A stretch of DNA of 64,000 nt from Polyangiales bacterium (lineage in GTDB: Bacteria; Myxococcota_A; Polyangia; Polyangiales; JADJQN01), in the NCBI GenBank assembly GCA_964202905.1, contig CAXNJO010000003.1:512001-576000 (forward strand), read 5' to 3'. This document shows, piece by piece, positions 33,388-42,675 of the stretch (positions are counted from its first letter, which is position 1; each line of letters starts with the position of its first letter). Both the position numbers and the translations under genes were made by a program. The notes below the pieces were generated by a model that worked only from the letters and a program-made list of their open reading frames with translations, made no database searches and was not told where the DNA came from.

Positions 33388-36300
33388 TCAGACGGTCCTT
33401 TGCAAGTGAAGTGCATGCGAACGGGCCATCTCGGGGCTCGGGAAGCCGCGCTGATCGAAGAGGGCGAGACGTGCGGGGGCCTCCGGATCGGGAACGGCGG
33501 GCGCCCGGAGTCGCTCGAGTTGCTCGAGGACCGCGGCGAGGGCCCAATCCGCGAGGCGTCCACCGGTGTCGACGGCATCGAAGCGGGGCGCGGGCGGGAG
33601 AAACGGCTCGTCGAGGCGCGCGCCGGGGCGCGACGCGAGCGCGAGCGCGGTGCGGAGGGTCTCGACGGCGAGCCCGCGTTGTCCGGAGGCCCATGCGATG
33701 CGCGCGAGCGTGAGGAGCCTCGCGAGGTCGGTGAGGTTTTCGATCGCGCCGAGGGCCCGCTCGAGGGCGCGACGCAGCGCGGCGGCACGCACCGCAGGGG
33801 GCTGCCGCGCGTCGGACGCAAGCGCGAAGTGGGCGAGCGCCTCGCGGTAGGCGGACTTGCCGGGGGTGTCCAAGTCGAGGGCGGCGCGGAGGGCGGGATG
33901 ACGCGCGAGAAGCGTCCGGGGGAGCGCCGTTTCCCACGATGGGAGCGCGGGGAGCGGCGATGCGGCCGTCGTCGCGAGGAGCCCGCGTTGCTCGAGGGCG
34001 CGCGCGCACGCGGCGTTGGCCGCGAAGAGCGTGTGCAGAAAGGCGTCGTTCTCGGTGCCCGGGGGATGCGGCTGCAGCAGCCCGAGACCGGGGACGAGGC
34101 GGTAGACGTCGTGGCCGCGGGCGCGGAGCGGCGCGAGCGGGTCGGGCGCCGCAGGGTCCGTGGAGCCGGGGGCCGCGAGCGTGACGACCCAGAGCGGATC
34201 GCCCTCAACGGGCAGGGGGAGGTGTTGGAAGGCCGCTTCGAGGGAGACGACGCCGGTGTCCACGCGCACCACTGCGATCGGGCCCGGACCGAATTTGGCG
34301 AGGGTCTCGCCAGGGGCGGACACGTCGGCTGCGCGCGGCATCGCGACGTCGACGTCGGGGCGCGGCTCCGCGACGGGGGCGCCCGATGGGCTGGGCGGCC
34401 GCGGCGCGTCGCCGACGATCAGGTGGCCGAATCGGTTCGCTGCGGCGCTCGCGCGCAGCCTCGCGGCGGGGACCGTGCGGGACTCGAGGGCGAGCACGCG
34501 GCCGGTGGGCCCGACCGCGCGCGCGAACGACAGCGCGTGCACGCCGGGCGCGGCGCCCACATCGACGGCGCGTCCGCCCTCTTGGAGCACGCCGCAGAGG
34601 AAATGCAGCGCGTCGTCGCTCGCCTCGCGGTCCAGCGCGAGCCCCGACGCGCACGGATCGTCGCGATCGGCCGGCGCCGCGATCCGAAGACCCGGGCCGA
34701 CGACGCGCCACGCCGCGTCGGGGTCGGGAAGCGCGACCTCGACGGGCCCAGCCTGCCAGGCGCTCGGACCCCTCGTCACATCCGCCACGTCGACGTCGGC
34801 GCGGGTTTGCGCGGCGCGGCACAGCGCGTCCTCGAGCGCGCGCGTCATGCGGGGCGCGTCGGTGAGGCCGCCCGCGTGCAAACGGGCGCGGGCCTCGGCA
34901 CGAAACGCGACGCGACGCGGCACATCGCGGAGCAGGTCGCGCGCGATGCGCACGTAAGCCTCCGCGGTTGCAGCGACGAGGTCGTCGAGGCCTGCACGCC
35001 GCAAGAGGCTCACACCCACGCGCGCGACGTGTGTCGCGCCCGCGAGCGTGACGACCGGCACGCCCATGAAGAGCGCGTCGCAGGTCGTCGTCGTGCCGTG
35101 GTAGGGCGACGTGTCGAGCGCGACGTCGACCTGGCGGTAAGCCTCGAGATGCGCGTTCAGGTCGGCGTCGAAGCCGACGAGGTCGACGCGCTCGAGCGGC
35201 AGACCGTGCGCGCGCAGGCGGTCCGCGAAGCGCGCACGGCTCTGTGGGTGCGAGAGATAGCCGTGCTTGAGGAGCAGCCGCGCCTCGGGGGTCTCGCGCA
35301 GGAGCGTGGCCCACAGAGAGAGCGTCGAGGCGGAGACCTTGGCGAGCGCGTTGAACGAGCCGAAGGTGGGCGAGCGTCCGGTCGTCGAGGGCGTCGGCGC
35401 GACGTCGGGGGCCCCAGGGGGCGCGCCGTAGCAGAGGAAACCCGGCTCCATGCGGAGCAGCTGTTCGGTGTGCAACGCCTCGGTGAGCCCTGCGGGATCG
35501 CAGTCTGCGTCGGTGAGGCGGACATCGATCGACGCGAGGCCGGTGGTGTCGGGATAGCCGAGCCAGGTCACCTGCATGGGCGCCGGCTTGCGGGCGAAGA
35601 CGCCGAGGCGGTTGCCGTTCGTGTGGCCGGAGAGGTCGACGAGCACGTCGATCTCGTCGGCGCGGATGAGCGCGGCGGCCTCGTCGTCGCCGAGCGGCGT
35701 GAGGTCGCGCCATGCGTCGACGCGCGACACGAGGCGGCGGCTGACCTCGTCGAGCTGGCGCGTCTGGCTGTAGAGCGTCACCGCGAAGCGCGCGCGGTCG
35801 TGGTGGGCGAGCAGTGGCTCGAGGAAGAACGCGACCGAGTGCCGGCGGAGGTCCGCGGAGACGTAGCCGATGCGCAGGCGTCTGCCGTGACCGATGGGAA
35901 TCGTACGCGGCGGGAGCCGCGAGACGGCTCGCTCGACACGCTCCCCGAAGCGGCGGTGGAGATCCGCGATCGCGGCCGCATCGAGCGTGTCCGCGTAGTG
36001 CGCGACGAGGAGCAGCGTGTCGTGGTGGGAGAGGTTCTCGGGCGCGCGAGCGACGGCCTCGCGCAGATGCGGGATCGCGAGGTCGGAGTCACCCCGCGCC
36101 GAGAGCGCCGCGCCGAGATGGGCGCGCGTCTCGGGGTCGTCGGGGACCTGCGCGTGCGCACGCTCGAGCGCGTCGATCGCCTCCTCGAGGCGCGGACCGG
36201 TGCGCAGCAGCGCACCATGGTTGCGGAGCGCGAGCGGGTGCGTCGGACGGAGCGCGAGGGCGGCGGCGTACTGCGCGATGGCCTCGTCCGTCGCGCCCCG

Positions 36301-36558
36301 GCGCGCAAGCAGCACACCGAGCTGCACGTGCGCCTCGAACGGCGCCCCGGGGAGCGCGACCGCCTTGCGATAGAGCTGTTCCGCGGCGATCCGGTCGCCG
36401 CGATCGCGCGCGAGATCGCCGAAGAGGCACCACGCGTCGGGCTCGCGAGGGTGCGCGGCGAGGCGCGCGCGGATCGCGGCCTCGGCACGCCCGGGCTCGC
36501 CGCGCCGACACAGCCGGACGATCTCGGCGAGCGGGAGCACCGCAGGCGGCTTCGGCAT
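33388..36558 (-). CDS. TPR-containing GT41 (SPINDLY/OGT-like) glycosyltransferase with C-terminal FkbM-like methyltransferase-type segment
   Basis: N-terminal TPRs; LRIGYVSADLRRHSV, DEIDVLVDLSGHT, APMQVTWLGYPDTTG, FGSFNALAK, LDTSPYHGTTTTCDALFMGVPVV; then VDVGAAPGVHALSFARAVGPTGRVLALE. Confidence 0.88.
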   Translation of the reverse strand: MPKPPAVLPLAEIVRLCRRGEPGRAEAAIRARLAAHPREPDAWCLFGDLARDRGDRIAAEQLYRKAVALPGAPFEAHVQLGVLLARRGATDEAIAQYAAALALRPTHPLALRNHGALLRTGPRLEEAIDALERAHAQVPDDPETRAHLGAALSARGDSDLAIPHLREAVARAPENLSHHDTLLLVAHYADTLDAAAIADLHRRFGERVERAVSRLPPRTIPIGHGRRLRIGYVSADLRRHSVAFFLEPLLAHHDRARFAVTLYSQTRQLDEVSRRLVSRVDAWRDLTPLGDDEAAALIRADEIDVLVDLSGHTNGNRLGVFARKPAPMQVTWLGYPDTTGLASIDVRLTDADCDPAGLTEALHTEQLLRMEPGFLCYGAPPGAPDVAPTPSTTGRSPTFGSFNALAKVSASTLSLWATLLRETPEARLLLKHGYLSHPQSRARFADRLRAHGLPLERVDLVGFDADLNAHLEAYRQVDVALDTSPYHGTTTTCDALFMGVPVVTLAGATHVARVGVSLLRRAGLDDLVAATAEAYVRIARDLLRDVPRRVAFRAEARARLHAGGLTDAPRMTRALEDALCRAAQTRADVDVADVTRGPSAWQAGPVEVALPDPDAAWRVVGPGLRIAAPADRDDPCASGLALDREASDDALHFLCGVLQEGGRAVDVGAAPGVHALSFARAVGPTGRVLALESRTVPAARLRASAAANRFGHLIVGDAPRPPSPSGAPVAEPRPDVDVAMPRAADVSAPGETLAKFGPGPIAVVRVDTGVVSLEAAFQHLPLPVEGDPLWVVTLAAPGSTDPAAPDPLAPLRARGHDVYRLVPGLGLLQPHPPGTENDAFLHTLFAANAACARALEQRGLLATTAASPLPALPSWETALPRTLLARHPALRAALDLDTPGKSAYREALAHFALASDARQPPAVRAAALRRALERALGAIENLTDLARLLTLARIAWASGQRGLAVETLRTALALASRPGARLDEPFLPPAPRFDAVDTGGRLADWALAAVLEQLERLRAPAVPDPEAPARLALFDQRGFPSPEMARSHALHLQRTV

Positions 36559-36684
36559 CGCGGCAGCGTGCGCCTCGGGTCGAGCTTTGTCAGCGGGACA
36601 CACCGCGGCTCGCGTGCAGCGTGGGTCGAAGTCGTCTCCCGCGGGACACCGGTCCGTCACGGACACTTGCGAAGGTGCTCCGCG

Positions 36685-37386
36685 ATGAACGAGCGCATTC
36701 TCGTCGCGGACGACGACGCGACCTCGCGCGAGCCGCTCGTCGCGCACCTCGCCGAGTGCGGCTGGATGGTGGGTGCGGTGCCCGACGGCCACGCGGCGCT
36801 CGCGGACGTGCGCGCGCAGCGCCCCGGTCTCGTCGTGCTCGAGCTGGCGCTTCCGGGGGTATCCGGGCTCGACGTGTGCCGCCGCATCCGGCGCGACGCA
36901 GACACCGCGACGCTACCGCTCATCGCGGTGAGCCGACGCGCCGACGAGGTCGAGCGTGTGGTCGCCTTCGAGGTCGGCGTCGACGACTTCGTGGCGAAGC
37001 CATTCAGCGTACGCGAGCTGGCGCTGCGCGTGCGGGCCGTGCTGCGACGCGCGAGTCCCGCACCGACGCAGAGTGCACCACGGCTCGCGATCGGGGCGCT
37101 GGTGGTCGACCGCGCGCGGCACCGCGTGCTCGTCGGCGGGCGGGAGATCGCCCTGACCGCGCTCGAGTTGAAGCTGCTCGATCACCTCGCGACACACCGC
37201 GACCGCGTGCAGTCGCGCGAGGTGCTGCTCGAGCGCGTGTGGGGACTCGACCCGGACATGGAGACGCGCACCGTGGACACGCACGTGAAGCGGCTCCGCG
37301 CGAAGCTCGGCGAGGCCGGCACGCTGATCGAGACGCTCCGCGGCGTCGGCTACCGCATCCGCGACAGCGCCACGCGCAAGCGGTAG
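36685..37386 (+). CDS. OmpR/PhoB-family response regulator, atypical (Glu at phosphoacceptor position 53)
   Basis: ILVADDD, LVVLELALPG, DDFVAKPFS; winged helix LTALELKLL, TRTVDTHVKRLRAKL, ETLRGVGY. Confidence 0.93.
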   Translation: MNERILVADDDATSREPLVAHLAECGWMVGAVPDGHAALADVRAQRPGLVVLELALPGVSGLDVCRRIRRDADTATLPLIAVSRRADEVERVVAFEVGVDDFVAKPFSVRELALRVRAVLRRASPAPTQSAPRLAIGALVVDRARHRVLVGGREIALTALELKLLDHLATHRDRVQSREVLLERVWGLDPDMETRTVDTHVKRLRAKLGEAGTLIETLRGVGYRIRDSATRKR

Positions 37387-37441
37387 TCGCGCGCCGCGCG
37401 GCGGACGAGCACGCGTCGCGAGGCGCGCACGGACTGCTGGG

Positions 37442-38110
37442 TCAGCGGAGGCCGCACCCCGAGACATGCCTGGGCGGCGTGTGCGGCGGCGCGACGACGG
37501 GGTGCGGCACGCGCGGCGAGTCGGCGCACGCGATGCGCCGAAAGACGACGGGGATATCGCGAAATGATTGTCCGTCGTTGAGCACGGACACGAACTCCAT
37601 CCGCGCGAAGTCGATCCGACCGCTGAACGTGTCGAGCGCGTAGCCGCCGCCCCACCCGCAATACGTGCGCTCGCCGACGTAGGAGGTCGCGGCGAAACGG
37701 ATGGCGCCATCGGTGGCGACCGTGCCGACCGCAGGCTCGCGGACCTCGGCGCGCACGGTTCCGGGGCCGCAGGCGGGCGGCTCGACGGCGCGCTCGTCGC
37801 CCGTCCAGAAGTGCACGCGCATCTGACCCACGAGGCGGTCGGGCGCGGCGCCCTCGCGGCGCACGTCGAGGTGCACGACGTACCACTGCGCCACGTGCGG
37901 GTACCACGCATGCGACATCCACGTCCCCGTGATCGGATCGCTGCAATCCGTCGCGGCGGGCGGCAGACGCGCGCGCTGCTCTTGCACGTTCGCCGGCGCG
38001 ACCGAGGGCCACGCGGTGCAGGCGAGCAGCGTGACGCCGACCGCCAGCGCGAGACGACGGCGTCGATGGCGTCGAGCGTGGGGCGCGCGGGGCGAAAGCG
38101 CGGGGTTCAT
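37442..38110 (-). CDS. Secreted hypothetical protein
   Basis: Arg-rich signal peptide, four Cys in a beta-rich body (DPITGTW...YALDTFSGRID...EFVSVLNDG), C-terminal SGCG. Confidence 0.7.
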   Translation of the reverse strand: MNPALSPRAPHARRHRRRRLALAVGVTLLACTAWPSVAPANVQEQRARLPPAATDCSDPITGTWMSHAWYPHVAQWYVVHLDVRREGAAPDRLVGQMRVHFWTGDERAVEPPACGPGTVRAEVREPAVGTVATDGAIRFAATSYVGERTYCGWGGGYALDTFSGRIDFARMEFVSVLNDGQSFRDIPVVFRRIACADSPRVPHPVVAPPHTPPRHVSGCGLR

Positions 38111-38209
38111 CGGGGTTCGCGGCAGAGAGTACCGCGCCGTGCGGCCGCGGGGCGCACGAAGGCGCGGCGCACGACGGTGGGGCGACCGGGGGCGCCCCCG
38201 CCGCTGCGC

Positions 38210-39199
38210 TCAGCTGCGGAGCAGACCGGCGCCGTGCAGGGCCGCTTCGCGTGCGTGCGCGAGGAGGCGGTCCGCGCCGCGCGCGAGGAGCGTCGCGGCG
38301 AGCTCGTGGCCCGCGTCGATCGCGGCGCGGAGCCTCGCGTCAGCGGGGGTCGCAGGGAGCCAGATCTCCGTGCCGGCGCGCAGGAGTTCGTCGCCGTCGA
38401 CCGAGCCGACGAGCGCGTCGAGGTGCAAGCGCGCGCCGTCGGACGCGAGGCGGGCGTGCGCCGCGAGCGGGGCCTGACACCCGCCCTCGAGGCGCCCGAG
38501 GAAGGCGCGCTCGGCCTCGACGCACAGGCGCGTCGCAGGGTCCTCGAGGGGAGCGAGCAGCGCGCGCGTGCGGGCGTCGGCGGCGCGCGCCTCGAGCGCG
38601 AGGACGCCCTGCCCCACCGCGGGGACGCAGACGTCGGGCGGGATCGGCCAGAGCGCGCGGTCGGCGAGGCCGAGGCGCCGCAGCCCCGCGAGCGCGAGGA
38701 CGATCGCGTCGTAACGGCCCTCGTCGAGCTTGCGGAGGCGCGTGTCGACGTTGCCGCGGAGCACGGTGTACGCGAGGTCGTTGCGTGCCGCGCGGAGCTG
38801 GCAGCTGCGGCGCAGCGAGCTCGTACCGACGCGCGCACCGGCGACGAGGGCGTCGAGCTCGAGGCCCTCGCGGGTCACGAGGACGTCGCGCGGGTCTTCG
38901 CGAGGGGGCACGCACACGAGCGAGAGGCCGGGCGCGAGGACCGCGGGGACGTCCTTCATCGAGTGCACCGCGAAGTCGGCCCGGCCATCGACGAGCGCCG
39001 CCTCGACCTCGCTCACGAAGAGGCCCTTGCCACCGAACTTCGAGAGCAGATCCGTCTGGTTGCGGTCGCCCTCTGTGACGATCTGCACCTCTTCGACGAC
39101 GAGGCCGGGCCAGCGCGCGCAGAGATCCGCGGCCACGGCGCGCGTCTGCGTGAGGGCGAGCAGGCTCTTGCGCGTCGCGACCCGGAGGAGCCCGCTCAT
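38210..39199 (-). CDS. hemC: Hydroxymethylbilane synthase (porphobilinogen deaminase)
   Basis: ATRKSLLALTQ, GGKGLFVSE, AVHSMKD, GTSSLRR, RGNVDTRL, LEGGCQAP. ATGA overlap with hemA. Confidence 0.97.
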   Translation of the reverse strand: MSGLLRVATRKSLLALTQTRAVAADLCARWPGLVVEEVQIVTEGDRNQTDLLSKFGGKGLFVSEVEAALVDGRADFAVHSMKDVPAVLAPGLSLVCVPPREDPRDVLVTREGLELDALVAGARVGTSSLRRSCQLRAARNDLAYTVLRGNVDTRLRKLDEGRYDAIVLALAGLRRLGLADRALWPIPPDVCVPAVGQGVLALEARAADARTRALLAPLEDPATRLCVEAERAFLGRLEGGCQAPLAAHARLASDGARLHLDALVGSVDGDELLRAGTEIWLPATPADARLRAAIDAGHELAATLLARGADRLLAHAREAALHGAGLLRS

Positions 39200-40542
39200 C
39201 GCTTGCCCTCGGCGATCGCGGGCGCCGCAGCCTCGACCTCTGCGGGCGCGTCCGCAGCGGAGCGATCGGCCGGCTCGGCGGGCTGCAGCGCGAAGAGCTG
39301 CTGCGCCGCGTCGAGCAGCTGCGCGCTGCCCTCGCTCTCGGCGTCCTTCTTCAGTGCGGTGAGCGGCTGGTGCAGGAGTTTGTTCACGATCGCGTCGGCC
39401 ATCCTGTCGAGGGTCTTCCGGTCCTCGTCGCCGAGTCCCTGCAAGCGCGGCACCGTGCGCGCGAGCTCGGCGACGACGATCTCTCGGAACCGCGCGCGCA
39501 GCGCGACGATCGTCGGAGTGAGCGCGAGGCTCTTGCGCCAGAGTTCGAACTCGGCGACCTCCTCGTGGACGATCCGCTCCGCGGACTCGGCCTCGCGGCG
39601 CCGCGCGTCGGCCGCGCCGCGCGAGACGCTCTCGAGGTGGTCGACGTCGTAGAGGAAGACGTTCTCGAGATCGCCGACGCGTGGGTCGATGTCGCGCGGG
39701 ACGGCGATGTCCACGAGCAGCATGAGACGGTGCCGGCGCGCCTTCACGACCGCCTGCATCGCCTCGCGCGTGATCACGAAGCCGGGGCTCGCCGTGGAGC
39801 TGATGACGACGTCCGCGAGGATCAACTCCGCTTGGAGTTGATCGAGCGTCCGCGCCTCGCCGCCGTGCTCGCGCGCGAGGGCCTCCGCGCGCTCGAGGCT
39901 GCGGTTGGCGACGACGATGCGGGCGCCGGCGCCGTGCAGGTGTCGCGCGGCGGCCTCGGCCATCTCGCCCGCGCCGACGAGCAGCACGCGTCGCCCCTCG
40001 AGCCGGCCGAAGACCTTGGCCGCGAGCTCGCACGCCACGCTGCTCACGCTCACCGCGCCGGCCGCGATCGCGGTCTCGCTGCGCACGCGCTTGGCGACCG
40101 CGAACGCGCGCTGGAAACAGCGCGAGAGCAGCGTGCCCGTCGTGCCCGCGGCCTCGGCGGCGCCGAAGGCTTCCTTCACCTGCCCGAGAATCTGCGGCTC
40201 GCCGACCACCATCGAGTCGAGGCTCGAAGCGACGCGGAAGGCATGCTGCACCGCGTCACCACCTGCGCGCTCGTAGAGGTGCCCCTCGAGCGACGTCGCG
40301 ACTGCGCGGGAGGCAAGCCAGGCGCGCGCGGCGCCCGCACCGGCGCGGGCGTCACGGGCGGCGAGGTAGACCTCGACGCGGTTGCACGTCGAGATGACGA
40401 CGGTCTCGTCGAGCGCGCCGGTCGCGAGCAGGCCGCGCAGATCCGCGCCGAGCTCCGCCGCGGGCACGGCGAGGCGCTCCCGCAACGCGAGCGGCGCGGT
40501 GCGGTGCGAGAGTCCGATGACGACGATGTCGCGGCTGCTCAC
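39196..40542 (-). CDS. hemA: Glutamyl-tRNA reductase
   Basis: GLSHRTAP, STCNRVE, SLDSMVVGEPQILGQVK, GAGEMA, DIAVPRDID. GTGA overlap with ccsA. Confidence 0.97.
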   Translation of the reverse strand: MSSRDIVVIGLSHRTAPLALRERLAVPAAELGADLRGLLATGALDETVVISTCNRVEVYLAARDARAGAGAARAWLASRAVATSLEGHLYERAGGDAVQHAFRVASSLDSMVVGEPQILGQVKEAFGAAEAAGTTGTLLSRCFQRAFAVAKRVRSETAIAAGAVSVSSVACELAAKVFGRLEGRRVLLVGAGEMAEAAARHLHGAGARIVVANRSLERAEALAREHGGEARTLDQLQAELILADVVISSTASPGFVITREAMQAVVKARRHRLMLLVDIAVPRDIDPRVGDLENVFLYDVDHLESVSRGAADARRREAESAERIVHEEVAEFELWRKSLALTPTIVALRARFREIVVAELARTVPRLQGLGDEDRKTLDRMADAIVNKLLHQPLTALKKDAESEGSAQLLDAAQQLFALQPAEPADRSAADAPAEVEAAAPAIAEGKR

Positions 40543-41342
40543 GAGGCCTCCGCGCGGAGCACGTAGCCGACGAGCACGAGCACGGCGCACGCGAAGCCGA
40601 GCATCGTGCCGATCGCGGCACGGCGCCCCCGGAAGCCCGCGAGCGCGCGCAGGCCGAGCACCGCGCCGAAGCACGCCCACGCGAGCATCGCCGTCAGGCG
40701 CGACGGCGTGAGCCCGACCTCGCCGACGCCGAGCCGCGCCGCGACCACGGCCCCGGTGACGATCCCGACGGTGAGCAGCGGAAAACCGATCGTCACCAAC
40801 CGAAGCCCGAGCGAGTCGAGCTCGTCGAGCGGCGGCAGGCGCTGGAAGAGGCCGCCCAGCTGCTTGCGTCGGAGCAGGCGCTCCTGGATGACGTAGGCGA
40901 GCGCGACGGCGAACGCGAGCGCGAACGCCACCACGCCGAGGATGTTGACGCCGATGTGCACCGGCAGGAGCGCGGAGCGCACGGGCTCGGGGACGCGCGC
41001 GACGTCACGGTGGAAGCCGGCGCCGAGCAGGAGCAGCAACGTGACCGGCGTGATGAACGCCCCGAGCACGGCGAGTCGGTGGCGACGCAGCGCCGCGAGG
41101 TACCCGATCGCGACGAGCAGCGAGGTCGTCGCGAGCATCTGCCGGATGTCGTCCGTCGGGTGGTGTCCGCCCGTGGCGTAGTCGAGCGCGACGAAGGCCA
41201 CGTGCGCGGCCACCGCGACGCCGAGGCAGCGCGTGGCCCAGCGGGCGACGCGCTCCGCGCCGCGGGCCGCGAAGACGAGGTACAGCGCGCCCGCGACCGC
41301 GTAGAGGGCCGAGGCCGAGAGGAACGTCGCTGAGACGAGCAC
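40539..41342 (-). CDS. Cytochrome c assembly protein CcsA/HemX-YpjD family membrane protein
   Basis: About 8 TM segments, VHI, RLPPLDELD, GFPLLTVGIVTG. Standard position upstream of hemA. Confidence 0.85.
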   Translation of the reverse strand: MLVSATFLSASALYAVAGALYLVFAARGAERVARWATRCLGVAVAAHVAFVALDYATGGHHPTDDIRQMLATTSLLVAIGYLAALRRHRLAVLGAFITPVTLLLLLGAGFHRDVARVPEPVRSALLPVHIGVNILGVVAFALAFAVALAYVIQERLLRRKQLGGLFQRLPPLDELDSLGLRLVTIGFPLLTVGIVTGAVVAARLGVGEVGLTPSRLTAMLAWACFGAVLGLRALAGFRGRRAAIGTMLGFACAVLVLVGYVLRAEAS

Positions 41343-41358
41343 GCCGCGCCGCCCTGTC

Positions 41359-41742
41359 TCAGCGCGATCCCAGGAAGACCCGCGCGAGCAGCGCGACCTC
41401 TTCGCCGCCCGCGTGTGCGTCTCGCGCGTCGGGGCGCGCGTCCTCGACGGGGGTTCCGAGGAGACCCTCGATGACCTCGTAGGCGTCGGGGTCGATCACG
41501 ACGGAGCCGGAGGAGTAGTCGCCGCCGAGCGCGCGGACCTGCCCGAGGTCCTTCACGCGGCCGACCAGGCGGTGCATGTCGCCGCCGCCCGCGACCTCGG
41601 CGACGAAGCGCACCCCCGTCTGCAGCCGGAACCGCTGGGTGCCGGAAGCCAGCGTGAGGTGTTCGCCCTCGATCGCGACGCGGCCCTCCGAGAGCCAGAC
41701 GTCGAGCGCCTCCTGCGGAATGAACACGCGGTGTGGGGACAT
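41359..41742 (-). CDS. Hypothetical protein
   Basis: MSPHRVFIPQEALDVWL...LVGRVK...SVVIDPDAYEVIEGLLG. Co-oriented just upstream of ccsA. Confidence 0.75.
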   Translation of the reverse strand: MSPHRVFIPQEALDVWLSEGRVAIEGEHLTLASGTQRFRLQTGVRFVAEVAGGGDMHRLVGRVKDLGQVRALGGDYSSGSVVIDPDAYEVIEGLLGTPVEDARPDARDAHAGGEEVALLARVFLGSR

Positions 41743-41958
41743 GGGCGGAGGCGCGGCGCCGGACCGAGCGCGCCGTGCGTTCCTAACACGGCGCCCGCGC
41801 CCCGGGTAGCGGACGCGCGGTCGCGCACGGAGCACGACGTCGCTGCGCGCGATCGGGGGCGGGCGGTCCCGGGGAACGGCAGCGGCGCACGGGTCCCGCG
41901 CCGGGGCGATTGACAGCGTGCCCCGCGGCGCCCCATGTTGCCGCCCGAGGTGAGACCC

Positions 41959-42288
41959 ATGGCAGGCAAGAACGTCCTCTCTGTGAACGAGCTCAACTTC
42001 GAAGCGGAGGTCCTGAAGAGCGACGTCCCCGTGCTCGTCGATTTCACGGCGACGTGGTGCGGCCCGTGCCGCCAGATCGCGCCGCTCGTCGATCAGGTCG
42101 CGGACGAATACGTCGGCCGCGCGAAGGTCGCCAAGCTCGACATCGACGACTCACCCGGGATCGCCCAGAAGTACGGCATCCGCGGCGTGCCGACGCTGTA
42201 CGTGTTCAAGGGCGGTCAGGTGGTCGCGCAGCAGGTCGGCGCCGTGCCGAAGACCGCGCTCACCTCGCTCGTCGAGCGCGCGCTCTGA
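41959..42288 (+). CDS. trxA: Thioredoxin
   Basis: VLVDFTATWCGPC, YGIRGVPTL; GAGGTG RBS. Confidence 0.97.
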   Translation: MAGKNVLSVNELNFEAEVLKSDVPVLVDFTATWCGPCRQIAPLVDQVADEYVGRAKVAKLDIDDSPGIAQKYGIRGVPTLYVFKGGQVVAQQVGAVPKTALTSLVERAL

Positions 42289-42476
42289 TCGCGGGCTGAC
42301 GGCGGCGGGGCGCGGAGGCGCGCGCCGCGAATCGCGTCCGGATGGGGCGCAGCCTCGCCAGACCCGCAGCCTCTCTGCGCGCCACTTTGCAGCGCGCGCA
42401 GCCTCGCCGGATGCGGCGGCGGTCCCCGAAGGCGGGCCCCACGCCGCAGAGGAAGACACCACCAAGCGTCGATGTG

Positions 42477-42498
42477 AACGGCCCCGCGAGGGGCCGTT
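42477..42498. terminator. Perfect 9-bp hairpin between convergent genes (possible terminator)
   Basis: AACGGCCCC-GCGA-GGGGCCGTT followed by TG; GNRA loop. Confidence 0.5.
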
Positions 42499-42675
42499 TG
42501 CGCGTGGGCGTCGCCGCCGCGGAAGTGCCCCGATTCGGTGTGGTGCCGCAGGGGGGCGGGCTTCCGCGCAGGCGCACGCGCGCCCACGCCTGGCAAGGGC
42601 TGCACGCCGCGATCGACCGCGCTTCGCTGGCGCCGCGCTCTGCCCGCGGGCGCGGGTCAAGGCCTGCGCCGACGG

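Noticed and set aside
33304..36684. N-terminal ~1125 aa of the 1360-aa ORF ending in the response regulator
   Set aside because: Antisense to the GT41 gene. The real regulator starts at ATG 36685.
38210..40033. 607-aa ORF suggesting an extended HemC
   Set aside because: The N-terminal part is an off-frame read of hemA. HemC starts at 39199 with an ATGA overlap.
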